From assembly GCF_024521635.1 (NCBI RefSeq), contig NW_026250405.1, positions 1,302,001 to 1,366,000 on the forward strand: a stretch of DNA of 64,000 bases. Direction: 5' to 3'. The translations under genes were made by a program, and so were the position numbers. The notes below the pieces were generated by a model that had not been told where the DNA came from, did not search any database, and saw only the letters and a program-made list of their open reading frames with translations. Shown one piece after another: positions 1 through 13,179 of the stretch; positions within the stretch are counted from its first letter, which is position 1, and each line of letters begins with the position of its first letter. This DNA is from Tricharina praecox (Eukaryota).

Positions 1-730
1 TCCAGCCCCAGGCGCGCACGCCGCGCCGGAACCGTGGTCGCCACAAACGCAGCACTCGCACTGGCGCGTAGTATAGCCCGTACAGCACGTTGGCCCCCGC
101 GCCGAAGTAGTCCAGCCGCTCGGTCAGAACTGTGTCGCGCGCGTGGAACAGGGCGCTGCACGTCCATGTGCCCAGGCCGACGTACGAGAAGAGGATATAG
201 TAGCGCGTCATGGGGTGCGAGGGCGGGAGCTCGCGCCGGAGTTGGCAGAGACCGCGCAGGTGCGCGTAGCCGTTGAGGAGCGAGAACAATACGCTGAAGG
301 GCTCTTGGAGCCCGAGGAGACGCTGGAATGGCCATTTGCCGTGGAATTGCTCGATGGATTGGCCGGAATGGAGCCGTGACTGTGTGATGGTCCGCTGGCA
401 GATGTAGTCGCAGTTGCTGGGACAGGTCCACAGGAGCAGGCGCAGGTGCAGTGGCAGCGTGTTGGGGAGGAGGCATTCGGTCTCGATACAGGTCTGTGGA
501 TGGGGATGTGAATCAGCTTTCGAGGACGGACTGACGGACGGACAGCGCGCCGGCCAAGAGACGGTACGGGGGGGAGGGGTGCTGAGCTGAGCTACCTAGA
601 GCTGGCTTACCTCGACACATGCTTTGAACTCCGGCAGCTTATCGCCGCGCGACGCCAGCACGTCGGTGGTGAACAGGACGAGGACGAGCAGGCTGAGCAG
701 GAGCACCGCCAGTCGCGACGTCGACGTCAT
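1..730 (-). CDS. PER1: Per1/PGAP3-like GPI-anchor lipid remodelling protein (3' part runs off window)
   Basis: ATG at 730. Exon 730-611 encodes a signal peptide plus ASRGDKLPEFKACVE. Intron 610-494 (GTAAGC..CAG). Exon from 493 encodes LRLLLWTCPSNCDYICQ, QFHGKWPF, GLQEPFSVLFSLLN, WTCSALFHARD and TERLDYF, typical Per1 motifs. Confidence 0.92.
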
Positions 731-2699
731 GGTGGAGACTGGAACGGCGGGCCGCAGGGAGGGAGGGAGGGGGGGAGCGAGGGTGGGTGGGCGGAGCGAA
801 CCGGTTGGCCGGTGCAGCGCAGAGTGGGTTTTGTTGTTTGGATGGTGGACGGCGGCGCAGGTGTGGTTTGGGGTTGGGGTTGGGTGTTATCGTCTTGTCT
901 TGTCGTGTCTCTCTCCCCCCTTCACGGTTCACACATACACTGTCCTTCTTTTGTTTGTCCTTGTCTGTCTTTCTCCAGGGTGAGTATGTAGAGTACAAAT
1001 GGGGTTGCGATTGGTGCCACAGGCAGGGTAAATCGATCGGGAGTTTCATTCGGGAGTTTTTCCCCCTCCTCCTCCTTCCTTCTTTCCTTCTTCCATCCGT
1101 TGGATTTTTTTTCTTTCGGGAGGAGGCGGTGGTGGTGGCAGCCGCTGTCACGGCTTACTCAGCGACCGATGGGGGAAGGGGGGGCGTCGGTGAGGGCGAG
1201 GGTGAGGTAAGGTGACACGGAGAAATCGCGCTTCTTCTGGCCCGACGAAATCCCGCGACGTCGTCATCGAATCAGACTCGACGTGAAAGTTTTGACATGA
1301 CACGATTCGACTGGACACGACTGGGGGACTCGGCTCGGTTCACTTTGGGTCTCGGGACGATGAGTGGATGTATGTACTCAGATACATCTATGGATGTAAT
1401 GCGCGGAAATCCTTGATCGCCATCATCATAAGCTCAACGTTTGCTTTGCTCACCTTTGCTTGCTCCGATCTCGCACTCTAGATCTTTGCCGCTGTTCGGG
1501 GGTTTATTTTGCATTCCTCGAGTTGGCTCCCGTTCTTCCCCCGCACGTGTGTGTGTGTTGCCGCCATTCTTCTTCTACTGATTCTTCTGCTTCTTCTTCC
1601 TCTCCTTCGCGAACGGCAGTTGCTGCAGGATGACATCGTCCCTGTGTTGTTGTTGTTGTCACTGTGGACGGACGGGCTCTTCCTTGCAGCTTGTCACGGA
1701 AGGCGCATGCGATGGGATCTCTGGGTGGAGGGAGGGGAGGGAGGGGGCGGGGGCGGGTTCGCGGCTTGATGGCGAGTGAGACATGAATCAAACAGAAGTT
1801 GTGCGCGGGCACCACCTCCACATCTTCCCGACTACCTTTGCCCCGCACTGGTCAGAAGAAGAAGAATCAAGGAAGGCAGCGCTGTGGACTGGGTGGCTGG
1901 TCAGATCGACTCGATTGAGGGCTTAACTTACATACATGCCAAAGTACTTGTCTGACTGAAGTAAGAGGATGTCGATTGACGTCCCGAGACGAAAGATACG
2001 GCCAAACCGCTATCGGGACAGTTATCTGCTAGAGCTCTCCGACTTCTTTTCTTCAACGAAACGAGACGAGACGTGCGATTGATGCGATTGATTGACCTTT
2101 GATTGATTGCTGGGACATGATTTCATGCAGTGCTATGTATGATATGTACCTACTATACCGGTACTGTAGGTTGGAGTGGCCCTGCAGAACAGCGAAGACG
2201 TCTGCGTCGTGCAGTCAAGGTATGGGCGCTGGTGGGAGAGACCATCAAGTCGTCCATCCAGCGAGGAGCTCGACCGTTCGAGTATCTAGGGAATTTAGGC
2301 CGAATCATCTGTGAGATCAGATTAGATGGGAGCTCTCGTAAGAACACACTTGTCGCAGCGTGGTTGCTCGGAGAGGTACCGTATGATATGATGACTGTGT
2401 ACCGACTCCATCATACAGAAATCATGTGTACATCATACAGCTACCCACGCACTCGCATGAGTACATGCTCACTTGGGCATGTACATACATTATTCTGGAG
2501 TAGAGTATTACCGGTAACCATGTACATACAATACATGCAAAGAACACGCAGAGTACAACTTGTTCCCTGTTGCGCGATGCTTGTTGTCCCGCTAACCAGG
2601 TGGACTCGGTTTGTATTGATATCGATGTGCGGATGGATGGTTGGATGGATCGATGAGCGAAGAGATGCCATGCCATGCCGTGTCTGCCGCCGCCGCAGA

Positions 2700-2759
2700 G
2701 AAGAAGAAGAAGAAGAAGAAGAAGAAGAAGAAGAAGAAGAAGAAGAAGAAGAAGAAGAA
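2700..2759. repeat. (GAA)~20 microsatellite
   Basis: Directly visible pure trinucleotide run. Confidence 0.95.
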
Positions 2760-4384
2760 AGGAACAAAGTCCCTGCTTCCGAGCGTCTCTGGCCGGTTTG
2801 CAGACGCACTGTCGTACTCTCCTCTTACTCGGTCGTATGTTTGATATGTACACACCTGTGAGCGACGAGTGACGAGACCGTTGGCGAGTGAGCGATTAGA
2901 TACATGAAAACGGGTGAGTCGCAGCCGAGCAAAGTTACGGCGCAGAGACAGTTCTGACTGTACTGTGTAGGACCTGGGGACACGGCCAGCAGCCGGGCAA
3001 GTCAATGCGCGCGACTCCACAGGTAAGCAAGTAGGAGGTGAGTGAGGACTTGGACACTCTTTCCGAGTCACCCAGCCGGCCACCCAGCGAGCCAGCCTCC
3101 CCTCCTCCCTCCGCTCGTCCTGATCCCACTGGTATCCAAAGTGTCGTCCATGGGTCTGCGGAGTGGTTACATACATCCCAAGATACTTGGTTACTTGGTT
3201 ACTCCGTCTAGTCGTCCGTCTGCTGCTGCGACACGAGACCATTAGTCCCAGATCCAGACTCCGCTCATCCTTCTCTTCAAATCCTTCGTGTCGGCTTGTC
3301 CTGCCAACACTTTCTTTTTCCTCTTCCCCCCCTCCTCCCTCCCTTCTCCACCCGCCAACCAGTTCGCTCGGCCTGCCCCTCTTCTGCCTGTTCTGCCCTC
3401 GAATCCGACTGCAAAATTTAAGCCCGGTCGAGACGGATTCCCAATATCGAACACACACACACTCGCACTCACACAGACACTCACACAGACACACAGACGG
3501 ACACACCGACACACAAATCGTCGACACATATACGACATAACATACTCTGCAGCCTGTCTGCTTGCCTGCCACCGCCGCCGCAGACCGCAGACCGGAATTC
3601 GAATTGACAGCCGGCCAAACACTCACTACACAGCGCACATCACACATCACACTTTCCACCTGGCCACATATACTTCGGTACTTGCCTCTTGCATTTCACA
3701 TCTTCCTTTTACATACATTCGGCTCCATACGACTCGACCTGCGAAGTCTGCATCGTATAGCTAACCGCCCTTTCGCCCATTGCTCTGTGCTACCCGGAAC
3801 ATCCCACGATCCCAATAACCCTCCCCACCCTTCCCTCTCCCACCACAACTCCCCCCCCCCCCCAGCACAAAAAGCCCAGCCATCCTCCCCCACACAAGGG
3901 CAGAACGCTTTGTCTCACGACGCATCGACTAAACATACATAGGATCGACGCACTCCCAGATCTTACGGCCACTTGCCATTTGACAGAATCCCCGGAATTT
4001 CTATATCACGGCAAACCCACCCCAGCGGAAGAAAAAAAAAGTACTTTCCTTGCTAAGTCATCGGAACCTTACCCAACTGCCAACCAACCAACCTACATAC
4101 CCCCCCCCCTCCCCCCCACAAACGGTAAATCGATAGTTACTCGACGGAGTTTCCACCGCCAGTCCCCCGTCAAACCCAGAACCGCGGCAATTCCGATAGT
4201 GGCGACAACTGCTCTCACCCTACGGCCGACTCTGGATTCTGCGTCTTATTCCCCCACCCCCCTCGACGGCCGGCATCGCAACACTCATACTTCGCCGCGG
4301 CAGTGAAGCAACAGAGAAGCAACGTGCAAGCAGCAACAGTAGCAGTAGCAGCGGCTGACAGCGCTTCGCTCCGAATCTCCGATC

Positions 4385-7300
4385 ATGGTCGTTCCAGGGT
4401 TTAACGTAAACTTTTTCCGAAGTGGGAATAACACAGCAGCATCCTCCGCGGTTCCCTCCCCCACCGTGTCGACCTCCAACACCCCTCTTTCGCAGCGCTC
4501 ATCCGCTACGGCTCCTACCACTCCCGTCGATGACCATACCCCCCGGGGTACTCCTCTGTCGGCGGATATCCATTCGCCCCCGAGCTCGCGGCAGCACTCT
4601 CCTAGCCTTCGCACGCAATCGACTCCCGTCTGCGCCCCGAGCAACGGTGCGACTACCACTACCGCGACCACGCATTCGAACGCTCTCGCTGCACCGCGGC
4701 CACAATTGCCTCCGCACGCGGCGTCGAATGCATCGGATATGTTGAGGGCAGTTGCAGGACAAAGGTACGGGGCAATGTTTGGTTCGCGCCACCGGTACGG
4801 TGGCGGCGGCGATGGTGGCGGTGGCGGCAATGGCGGCGGTGGTTGTGGTGATGATGGATGTTCCGTCGTGTGCGGCGGCGATGATGATGATGTCGGTGGG
4901 GAGAAAGTGGTTACCTCACACATGGAACATCCATTAGCCAGCAACCACTCACCACTCGCCTCGGACCGAGAGAGGCGTATCTACATATACCCTTGGTCCT
5001 TCTTTTCTTCCCTTGCCAATAATATGTCCAACTATACCTTCCAATTAAATATTCTTCTTTTTCATCACCGATTTCTTGTCTCGAGTTCGAAATGCTCGGA
5101 ATTTTCGGGGCAAAGCGCAAGGCTGACTTCCTCGGTTCGTGGGATATTAGGACGGACGAGGAGGAGGCGTCGAGTGGACAAACAACCCCCAACCCGAGTG
5201 GACTGGATAAGAGACTGCCCGGAATATCCCATGGCTTTCATCAGGTTAGCTGCAGCACAGCGTCGTTTTGGAAAGGATTATCGTAGCAAATCGTACTGAC
5301 GTTACTTCCGAGTTACTGGGGGCGAAAGATACACCTCCAGCAACGCCGCGGGGTACCACCTCTGCTGGTAGCGCGTTGAACGGAGTCACAGCAGTGGGAG
5401 GTGGAGTAGTAGGAACAGTGGGAGGAGGAGCCACAACAGCGGGAGGAGGAGTAGGAGGAGGGGGAGGAGTAGGAGCAGCAGCTGAGGAGAGGGTCAAGAG
5501 TCCGGCGGTCAGGGCCACCCCCTCGCCCTCCCCGACAAACCCGCCAGTCGGTCCGCCCAGAGGCAAGTTAATAGTCAAGATCATAGAGGCAAGGGATCTG
5601 GTCCCCAGCAAATATCCCTACGTCGTTTGCACGTTCGAGAGCAACGAGTTTATATCTCAGGGCCCACGACGGTCATTCGATGCAGCCGAGGGACACGGGG
5701 GAGACAAGAGTCCTCGGCACAGCAGCAACGGGAAGGCGTCGTCGCCGAGCGGCGTGGGCAGGAGCATTGCGATCCCTATGACCAGCCGCCAGAGCTCGAG
5801 CACCAGTCTCTCGGAGATGCAAGGACAGAAGAACGGCCCGACCTCGGGCGCCGGCTCAACGAATCCGAAATGGGACCACAATGCCGTATTGTAAGTGCAC
5901 GCCCGTTCCGTTGTGGCTGCACTGTGCAGTATTCAGCTGTTATTCTTCGTCGCCGGTTCGGGGGAGCATCCATAAGCTAACTCCACAACTTTAGTGACGT
6001 CCTCGGCGATCATTCCGAGCTCGACGTATCGTTGTACGATCGCTCGAATCAGGAGTACTTCCTGGGACACGTGCGAGTCTGTCCGTTGCTAAACCATTCA
6101 CAACCGGTTATGGACGGTTGGTTTTCGCTGCAGGCACGGACGCCCAATGAGAATGTGACGGGAGAGATTAAGCTGCAGATAAGCTTCGAGAGGACCAGTA
6201 AGAAGCATTATGGACCCGAAGATTTCGAGGTTCTGCGTTTGATTGGCAAGGGTAGTTCTCCCCCTTTCCCATCCAACTGCTGCGCGCATCTCTCTGACCT
6301 TTTGTGTTCTGCAGGTACCTTTGGACAGGTGTACCAGGTCCGCAAGAAGGATACGGACCGGATATACGCTATGAAGGTTCTGTCGAAGAAGGTTATCGTC
6401 CAGAAGAAGGAGGTGGCGCACACGTTAGGCGAGCGGAATATCCTCGTTCGGACGGCTACTACCGACTCACCCTTCATTGTTGGCCTCAAGTTCTCGTTCC
6501 AGACGCCCACGGACTTGTACCTGGTGACGGACTACATGTCCGGCGGAGAGTTGTTCTGGCACCTGCAGAAGGAGGGTAGGTTCAAGGAAGACCGCGCAAA
6601 GTTCTATATCGCCGAGTTGATATTGGCATTGGAGCACCTGCACAACCACGACATCGTCTACCGAGATCTCAAGCCGGAAAACATCTTGCTGGACGCCAAC
6701 GGCCACATTGCATTGTGTGACTTTGGACTGTCGAAGGCGAACTTGGCGGCTAACGCCACCACCAACACGTTCTGCGGAACCACAGAGTACCTGGCACCGG
6801 AGGTGCTGCTGGACGATCAGGGATACACTAAGATGGTTGACTTCTGGTCGTTGGGCGTACTGGTGTTTGAGATGTGTTGCGGATGGAGCCCGTTTTACGC
6901 CGACGATACCCAGCAGATGTATAAGAACATCGCGTTTGGAAAAGTCAGGTTTCCACGGGACGCATTGAGTCTGGAGGGCCGCAACTTTGTCAAAGGGGTA
7001 AGTTGCTGCTGCCGCGTGTAAATGGGAGGTTTTGGTTGACTCGATCATTTAGTTGCTTAACCGGAATCCGAGACATCGTCTGGGAGCGACCTACGATGCG
7101 AAAGAGCTACGAGAGCATCCCTTCTTCGCTGACGTGGATTGGGTACAACTACAGCGCAAGAACGTGGTGCCACCGTTCAAGCCCACGCTCAGCTCCGAAA
7201 CCGATACCTCAAACTTCGATCCAGAATTCACCAACGCTCCAATGACCGGCTCACTGAACGCTCGCGCCGCCGCCCTCGCCTCGGCCAACATGCCCGCCAG

Positions 7301-7556
7301 CACCCCACTGAGTCCCGGCATGCAGGCCAACTTCCGCGGCTTCACATTCGTCGACGAGAGCAGCATAGACGACCACTTCTCGGGCCGGGACGAATTGGAG
7401 CCTATGGACGAGGACTCGGAAGACCACTGGGACGAGCGTTGCGACAGCAGATCGCACTACGACTCATCAAGAGGCGGGAACCATCGCATGAGCGGTGTTA
7501 TGCGCACCGGAGACGACGAGGGGGGCGTCTTTGGGAACGGAGGGATGGAGATCTGA
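4385..7556 (+). CDS. SCH9: AGC-family Ser/Thr kinase Sch9/SchA (C2 domain, kinase, AGC C-terminus)
   Basis: Exons ~4385-4764, 5151-5244, 5313(?)-5890, 5995-6251, 6315-6997, 7053-7556. Motifs: GKLIVKIIEAR (C2), IGKGTFGQV, YAMKVLSKK, YRDLKPEN, CDFGLSK, TFCGTTEYLAPE and hydrophobic motif FRGFTF. The exon 3 acceptor is uncertain. Confidence 0.95.
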
Positions 7557-10500
7557 TCTGATCCGGTTCGGTTCGGTACGGAATGGGACGGGATATGTGA
7601 AATACGTTCGCTCTATGGATTTTTTTTCTCTCTTGATCTCGATTTTTCTTTTCTTTCTTCTCTTCTTCTTTTCATTCTCGTACGAGCTATTCTTTGGTAT
7701 CAGGTATTCAAAAAAATTACCGTACGTACGGATAAGTCGATGTGCATCGACTTGTGTATTTGATGGGATTGGGGATTGTATGGTTAATAGTTTGTGACGA
7801 TAGCCGTAGTACCGTAGGGGACCCGGGATGGCATGGTAGTTATGCATGACAACATGAAATTTGAAATGTGATTTTGAAGATTGTTTTACCCGAATGACGC
7901 CGATGCCTACCTGAGTAACTACCAAACAAAGCAAAGAAGGGAGTGACGCGGTATGACGATATTGCATGGCATGGGCATGGGCATGAATGAGCGGTGGATG
8001 AGCGGTGTGGTGGACCCGTCATACGTAGACGTGGGTATTATCGCCACACTCAATTGCAATTAACGGTTAACTTGACTCGACTTGACCCCGCTTTTTCCCC
8101 GTCTAGACTCTGGTTGGACTCTGGTTAGACCGCTCCTGTAGATGGATTGCGGGGGGACTGTGGAGAGTGCGGGGGACTGCGGGGGTGGAGGGGGCGTAAG
8201 GGTTGTACGGGATGTAAGACTGTGGGGTGTAGGGGGAGTAACTAGGGATTCCGTTTCGAATCGGGCTCCGCCAGTTGGGCGGGGGAAGGGATGGGGAAGG
8301 GGGCGTCATCGGTCTCGTGGCTGGTCGGTTCGCGGGGGTTTAATGGGGAAGGGACGGTTTGGCTTTGGCGTGCAATTGGAATCGGGAATCGGGAATCGAT
8401 TGGGCTCAAAGGGGGAAGGGAGGAGGAAGGGGTGAGGGGAGATGGAGAGATGGGGCGAGGAGGAGAGGTGGATGGGGGGAGGGGGAATGGGGTAGGGTGG
8501 GGATGGGGCGCGGTAGGGTGATTGGCGTTTGGCGGCGGCGGGTATACCCGCTCCGGAGTCGCTCGTGGGAGCGGTAGATACCGGTACTGCTGTGTGTACT
8601 TTACGACTACAGTCGGGCGGACGACGGACGACGGATGGCCGTCACTCTAAGGCTTTCGGCTGAGATTGTCGATATCTTTTGGTTTATTCATCGCAGCATT
8701 CGGCTTTGATACCGGTATGTACATCTTGGGGCTGTTATGTACTGTACTGTTATGTACCAGAAGCAGGCGCCAGAGAGAGCGAGAGAGAGAGAAGGTCAAT
8801 TTACCTATTGTCGCACACGGTCGTCGGTACGGCCGCGCAACTTGCAAGAGGCAGAGGCAGAGGCAGAGGCAGAGGCAGGTCGGTTGACGGCGGGTGGTTT
8901 GTCGGGCGATGGGTGACGGGCCGTGGCTCGTGGGCTCCCGATTGACGGATTTTTGATTTGGGGCAGTTGTGACGAGTGACCGCCTATGGTGCGGGGAACA
9001 TTTCGGCTTCAGCGTCGACAGTGGCCACCCTCCCACCCTCCCATAACCATCTACGTTTTGATAAAAGGGTCTATCGTCTGCACCTTTCCATGACATGATT
9101 ATAGATAGTCTTGTCGGACCCTTCAGCTGCCTCTGGCAGACGTACGGCCCTCAGCCCTCAGCCCTACAGCCGCAAAAAACCGGCGAGTCGATCTCGTGAG
9201 GGCCGGCCCGGGGCACGCGCATCGCAGATTCGCAGCCATGGATGGGTACGGGGATCGCGGAGAAGGCGGAGCTGAACATGTAGATACATTGCTTTTTTTG
9301 TTTTTTTAATGATCGTCTTCTTTGAGGGGTCCTACGGATAGGCAGCTCCGAGTACGGTAACAATTGCAGCATACCTACGGTACCTAGATCAGCTCTATCG
9401 GATCATGATCTGTACTCTACATATGCATAAGCTGTCGAGCGTGGGGACAGACCAGCTGGTAATTGATAAATATGAGGATGTGGGTTGGGAACTGAGTGCT
9501 GAAGGTTAGGTATTGGAACTTAGAAGCCGCGAATGGAGCTGGGAGATTCCTCAAGACTCACAAATGGACTCAGCTGTGGAGCCGCCTGTTGGAGACTTGG
9601 AACTTGGAGCTGGCGTGCGTTGAATGAGTTGAATGGGGCTCTTGGAGTGTATAAACGGTAAACCACCCAGCTGTGGGTGGAAACGTCAATCTTAATGTTC
9701 TTTGGGAGAGCAGTAGCTAGCTGGGTGCTGCTTCTGTTTGTAAAGTCGTCCGAGTGAGCAGGCACACGATATCCTGGCATGTCTGCGGACCGGTCAACGA
9801 ACATATCCTCAAGGGTGTTGAACGTCGATGCTTACATACGATGCAGGATCGGGTGCGGCTTAAGACGATGGACTCGATCGATGGAGCCGGTAGAGCTATG
9901 TACTGAGACTTGAGTTGTGTAGCATGTGTCTCCTTCGTCAAAGCTCTATCCTCACGAGTCACGAGGACCACGGCGGCTGGTTATCTCATCCACCTCCCGC
10001 TCTTGAGGTCAATCATCTTTTACGAGCGCTGGCCCGTTGCCTGTAGGAAGCTCCTCCCATCATCACTTCTTCTGACTAACGATCTATCAACTTGCCCGAA
10101 TCAAAATGACTATATGTATGAAGACACGAACAAGGGAACGGCGACTACCTACCGTTCCTCCAACCGCATTGAAGTTCATTTTATTGTCGGCCGCCGGCGG
10201 AGTTGTGGAATGTGCCGTATCTATTATTTACGTCAAATTCCGATCAACGTCTGTTGGCTTGCCTGTTATCCACTACATACATGATACCTCGGGGCAAAAA
10301 CAGAGATCCCGTCCCCAATATCGTCCGTTGAGTTCCTGCAATACGCATGAAATCTCCGTAGTTCATTCGTTCGGCGCGGGTCGGAAGATCATATATATCG
10401 TGGCTCCAGGATTCAAGGCCTATCCTGTAGGCTGTAGCCACTTGGCCACTCTCGTCCGCATCTCCCCCAGCAACGGCGTCGAGTACCTGAAGATCCACCA

Positions 10501-12090
10501 GGAGCAGCAGATATGGCGACTTTTTGCGGCGGTATGTTCTCTGTGTACGGTTGACCGTTGTACCTGAGATTCTATACCCGGACCGCACGCCTGGTATGAG
10601 AAACCGGGCTGGAGTCTGGACGATATCATCGCCGGCTGGGTGGCACTCACACCTAGCTAAATACCGACTGGATGAGCCTGCAGTATCGGTTCAGTCGGCC
10701 CACCCGCCACCTCCCTCAGCACCATGGAGGTAAATTGCCCATTCGGCCCAGGTAACCGTTCACTTGCCATATCGGTACGCTTTCTTTAGCTTCAACTTCC
10801 CGAACAGCTCCCCGCCTCACAGTATCTCGCTCGGTGTTCACAGTATCTCGCTCGGTATTCACAGTTGGCGGCCGCGGCCGCTCACGATAGCACGCTATGC
10901 TATCGATGAAGAAACAACGTCGAAATTATACGGAGCGATGAAACGGTAAGCTTATGAGGGGTGGAGTGGGGATAAGTGCCATCGCCAATCGCCAATCATG
11001 CGCTGGGGGAGGGGAGTCCTCACCCGGCTCTCCCAGGCTCCCGGCTGACTGCATAAACATCCAGAGTACCTATATCTCCGCGTAGGGTAAGCAGATAGGT
11101 AAGCAGGCAGGTATCCGAGCTATAACTGTGGCTACCGTGGCTATCCCCGGACTTCAGGCCCTCCGTCGGCGCGGTTGGAACGGTCGGGGAAAAGGAGATA
11201 TATGTACTACCTACAGTACCTACGTAGGCAGGTGAGATGGAGACGTTACCAACGGACGGACGGACGAACGAACGAGCTGGACAATTGATCTCTGTATGGC
11301 TCTGGACCGGGCCGGGATGGACATCGGAGCCTTCATGAGCAGTGGAGCCTGAAGGCCGAGACTGCTATTCTGGTGCCTTTCTTGTAAGCAATCGAGGTAT
11401 AGGTAGAGAATGCCTATACCGTATGCAACCGCCACAGGCATATTTGTATGTACTGATACATAACGCTCTGGCACCACGACCAGGAACCATCGAGGACAGG
11501 TCACACCGAAGTTAACAGGCCAGGAAACAACCCAACAAGTGCAGAACATCCGCACCCTGCTGAGGGCTGCCGTTTCGCCTCCCCGTGGGGCCGTCAGGCG
11601 TCAGCATGTTCTCTACGCCGTTTGACAGGTCAGGTCAGGCCAGGCAGACCCGGAAGACCTGCTTACCTACGTAAACAAAACCCCCCAAAAGCAAACACGG
11701 TTAACCGTTGGTTAAGTGCATCAATCGCAATCGCAACGGCCGCCCCAGAGCCAGAGCCTACATGCAGCCTACATACAGCCTACGGGCACAGCCCGGCTAC
11801 TCAAATTGTGCGAGTGCATACTCTACATACCTGGAAGCGGACTTCGGACTCTCCTCCTCTAGGCTCCTGTGTTGAATAGCTGCGATACATACGATACATA
11901 CGACACAATGCATGTACGCACCCGACTCTACCCGAGCTGAGCGCTGAGCGCTGTGAACGAACACCGAACACCGAACACCGAACACCGCCCCGACGTGCGC
12001 AGGCAGTGCAGTGTGCACTGTGCAGATCAGGGCTGGCCGCTGGTTTCTGGCCGCTGGTCGTTGGCACACAGCACAGGCTCCCAGCCGGCC

Positions 12091-12181
12091 GGCCTTCGTT
12101 CCTTCGCGGCCTTCGTTCCTTCGCGGCCTTCGTTCCTTCGCGGCCTTCGTTCCTTCGCGGCCTTCGTTCCTTCGCGGCCTT
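12091..12181. repeat. 17-bp minisatellite (GGCCTTCGTTCCTTCGC) x~5
   Basis: Direct tandem copies visible. Confidence 0.92.
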
Positions 12182-12523
12182 CTTTCCTGCTCGGCATTCC
12201 TTCCTTCTCGGCACATTCCAGTCGTATGTATGTACCGTATGCATGCACACGTAGTTATACCGGAGTAGAGCCGACCGTGCACGACGCCTTGCAAGAAAGA
12301 AAGAAAGAAAGAAGACGGAAAAGAAACGGAAATGAAATGAAATGAGATGAGATGGTCGGTGTTGATGTTGATATTGTGCTCCCCACGGACGGCGAACACT
12401 ACCGGTATGTACCTAGTCCAAGCGAGATCCTAAAAACCGCAGGCGCCTCGCCTACTCTACTCTGCGGCCAAGGACTCAAGGGGCTGGTGATGCAATGCCA
12501 GTGTTCGGCAATCAAAGACACGT

Positions 12524-12592
12524 CTGGGACTCTGGGACTCTGGGACTCTGGGACTCTGGGACTCTGGGACTCTGGGACTCTGGGACTCTGGG
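12524..12592. repeat. 8-bp tandem repeat (CTGGGACT) x~8
   Basis: Direct tandem copies visible. Confidence 0.92.
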
Positions 12593-13021
12593 GAGCCCGA
12601 GTATGTACTCTATCATACCATGGAGTACATGCCATCTAGGCACAATCTGTGCATGTGTGCATGTTTCTCGCCAGCAGCGGGGTGACGGGGGCGGGATCGC
12701 TGACTGTGCAGTGTCTGTGCACTGTGCACCGTGCAGTCGCTGCGGCGTGCGCTACAGGTGACAGAGTATGTAGCTACATGGTCCTGTCACGCCACTCTTG
12801 GGTCTAGATATCCAAGACTCCAGGTTCCAACAGAACGGGTCGACTGCCGGCGCTGCGGCGCTCAGCTGGGTAGCTCTAGTTACAAGCGGCGATCATTCCG
12901 CCCCACCCCGCCCCGTCCTCGTGACGCCGTCTCGTCTCGTCGAACGTGCCCAGCATGTAGGCCCGGAACATCTCGCGCTCTCTCTCTCTCTCGACTCGAC
13001 TGCCCGGAAGAAAATGGATCT

Positions 13022-13179
13022 CCCAAGGCCGCGTTCGCACGGAGCCGCCGAGCTTCACCCGTGCGGATGACGGTGTTCTCGCACGAGATGGCCGAGTCCT
13101 CCCGATGGGTTGAAACTTGATGGGTTGATCTTCGGAGTCCGCACCGTGGCGATCGCCACGGGGTAGCTTGGCCCTTGGG
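13022..13179. ncRNA. Candidate structured RNA or cruciform element of unknown family
   Basis: A closing stem CCCAAGGCC/GGCCCTTGGG encloses four internal hairpins, including a perfect 18-bp palindrome. TATATAA lies ~20 nt outside on the minus strand. No family recognised. Confidence 0.3.

Noticed and set aside
2592..3659. 355-aa minus ORF and overlapping ORFs with poly-F/E/K/R
   Set aside because: Artefacts of (GAA)n and (CA)n microsatellites; no domain-like content.
10563..10625. CTGAGA..ATACCC resembling a TPP riboswitch 5' half
   Set aside because: Lacks the downstream CTGAT/GG-TAAT-CC-GCG elements, and no thiamine gene is nearby.
11626..11662. CAGGTCAGG..CCGGAAG resembling SRP RNA helix 8
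   Set aside because: The GNRA stem and AGCAG partner are absent; explained by a short CAGGT/C repeat.
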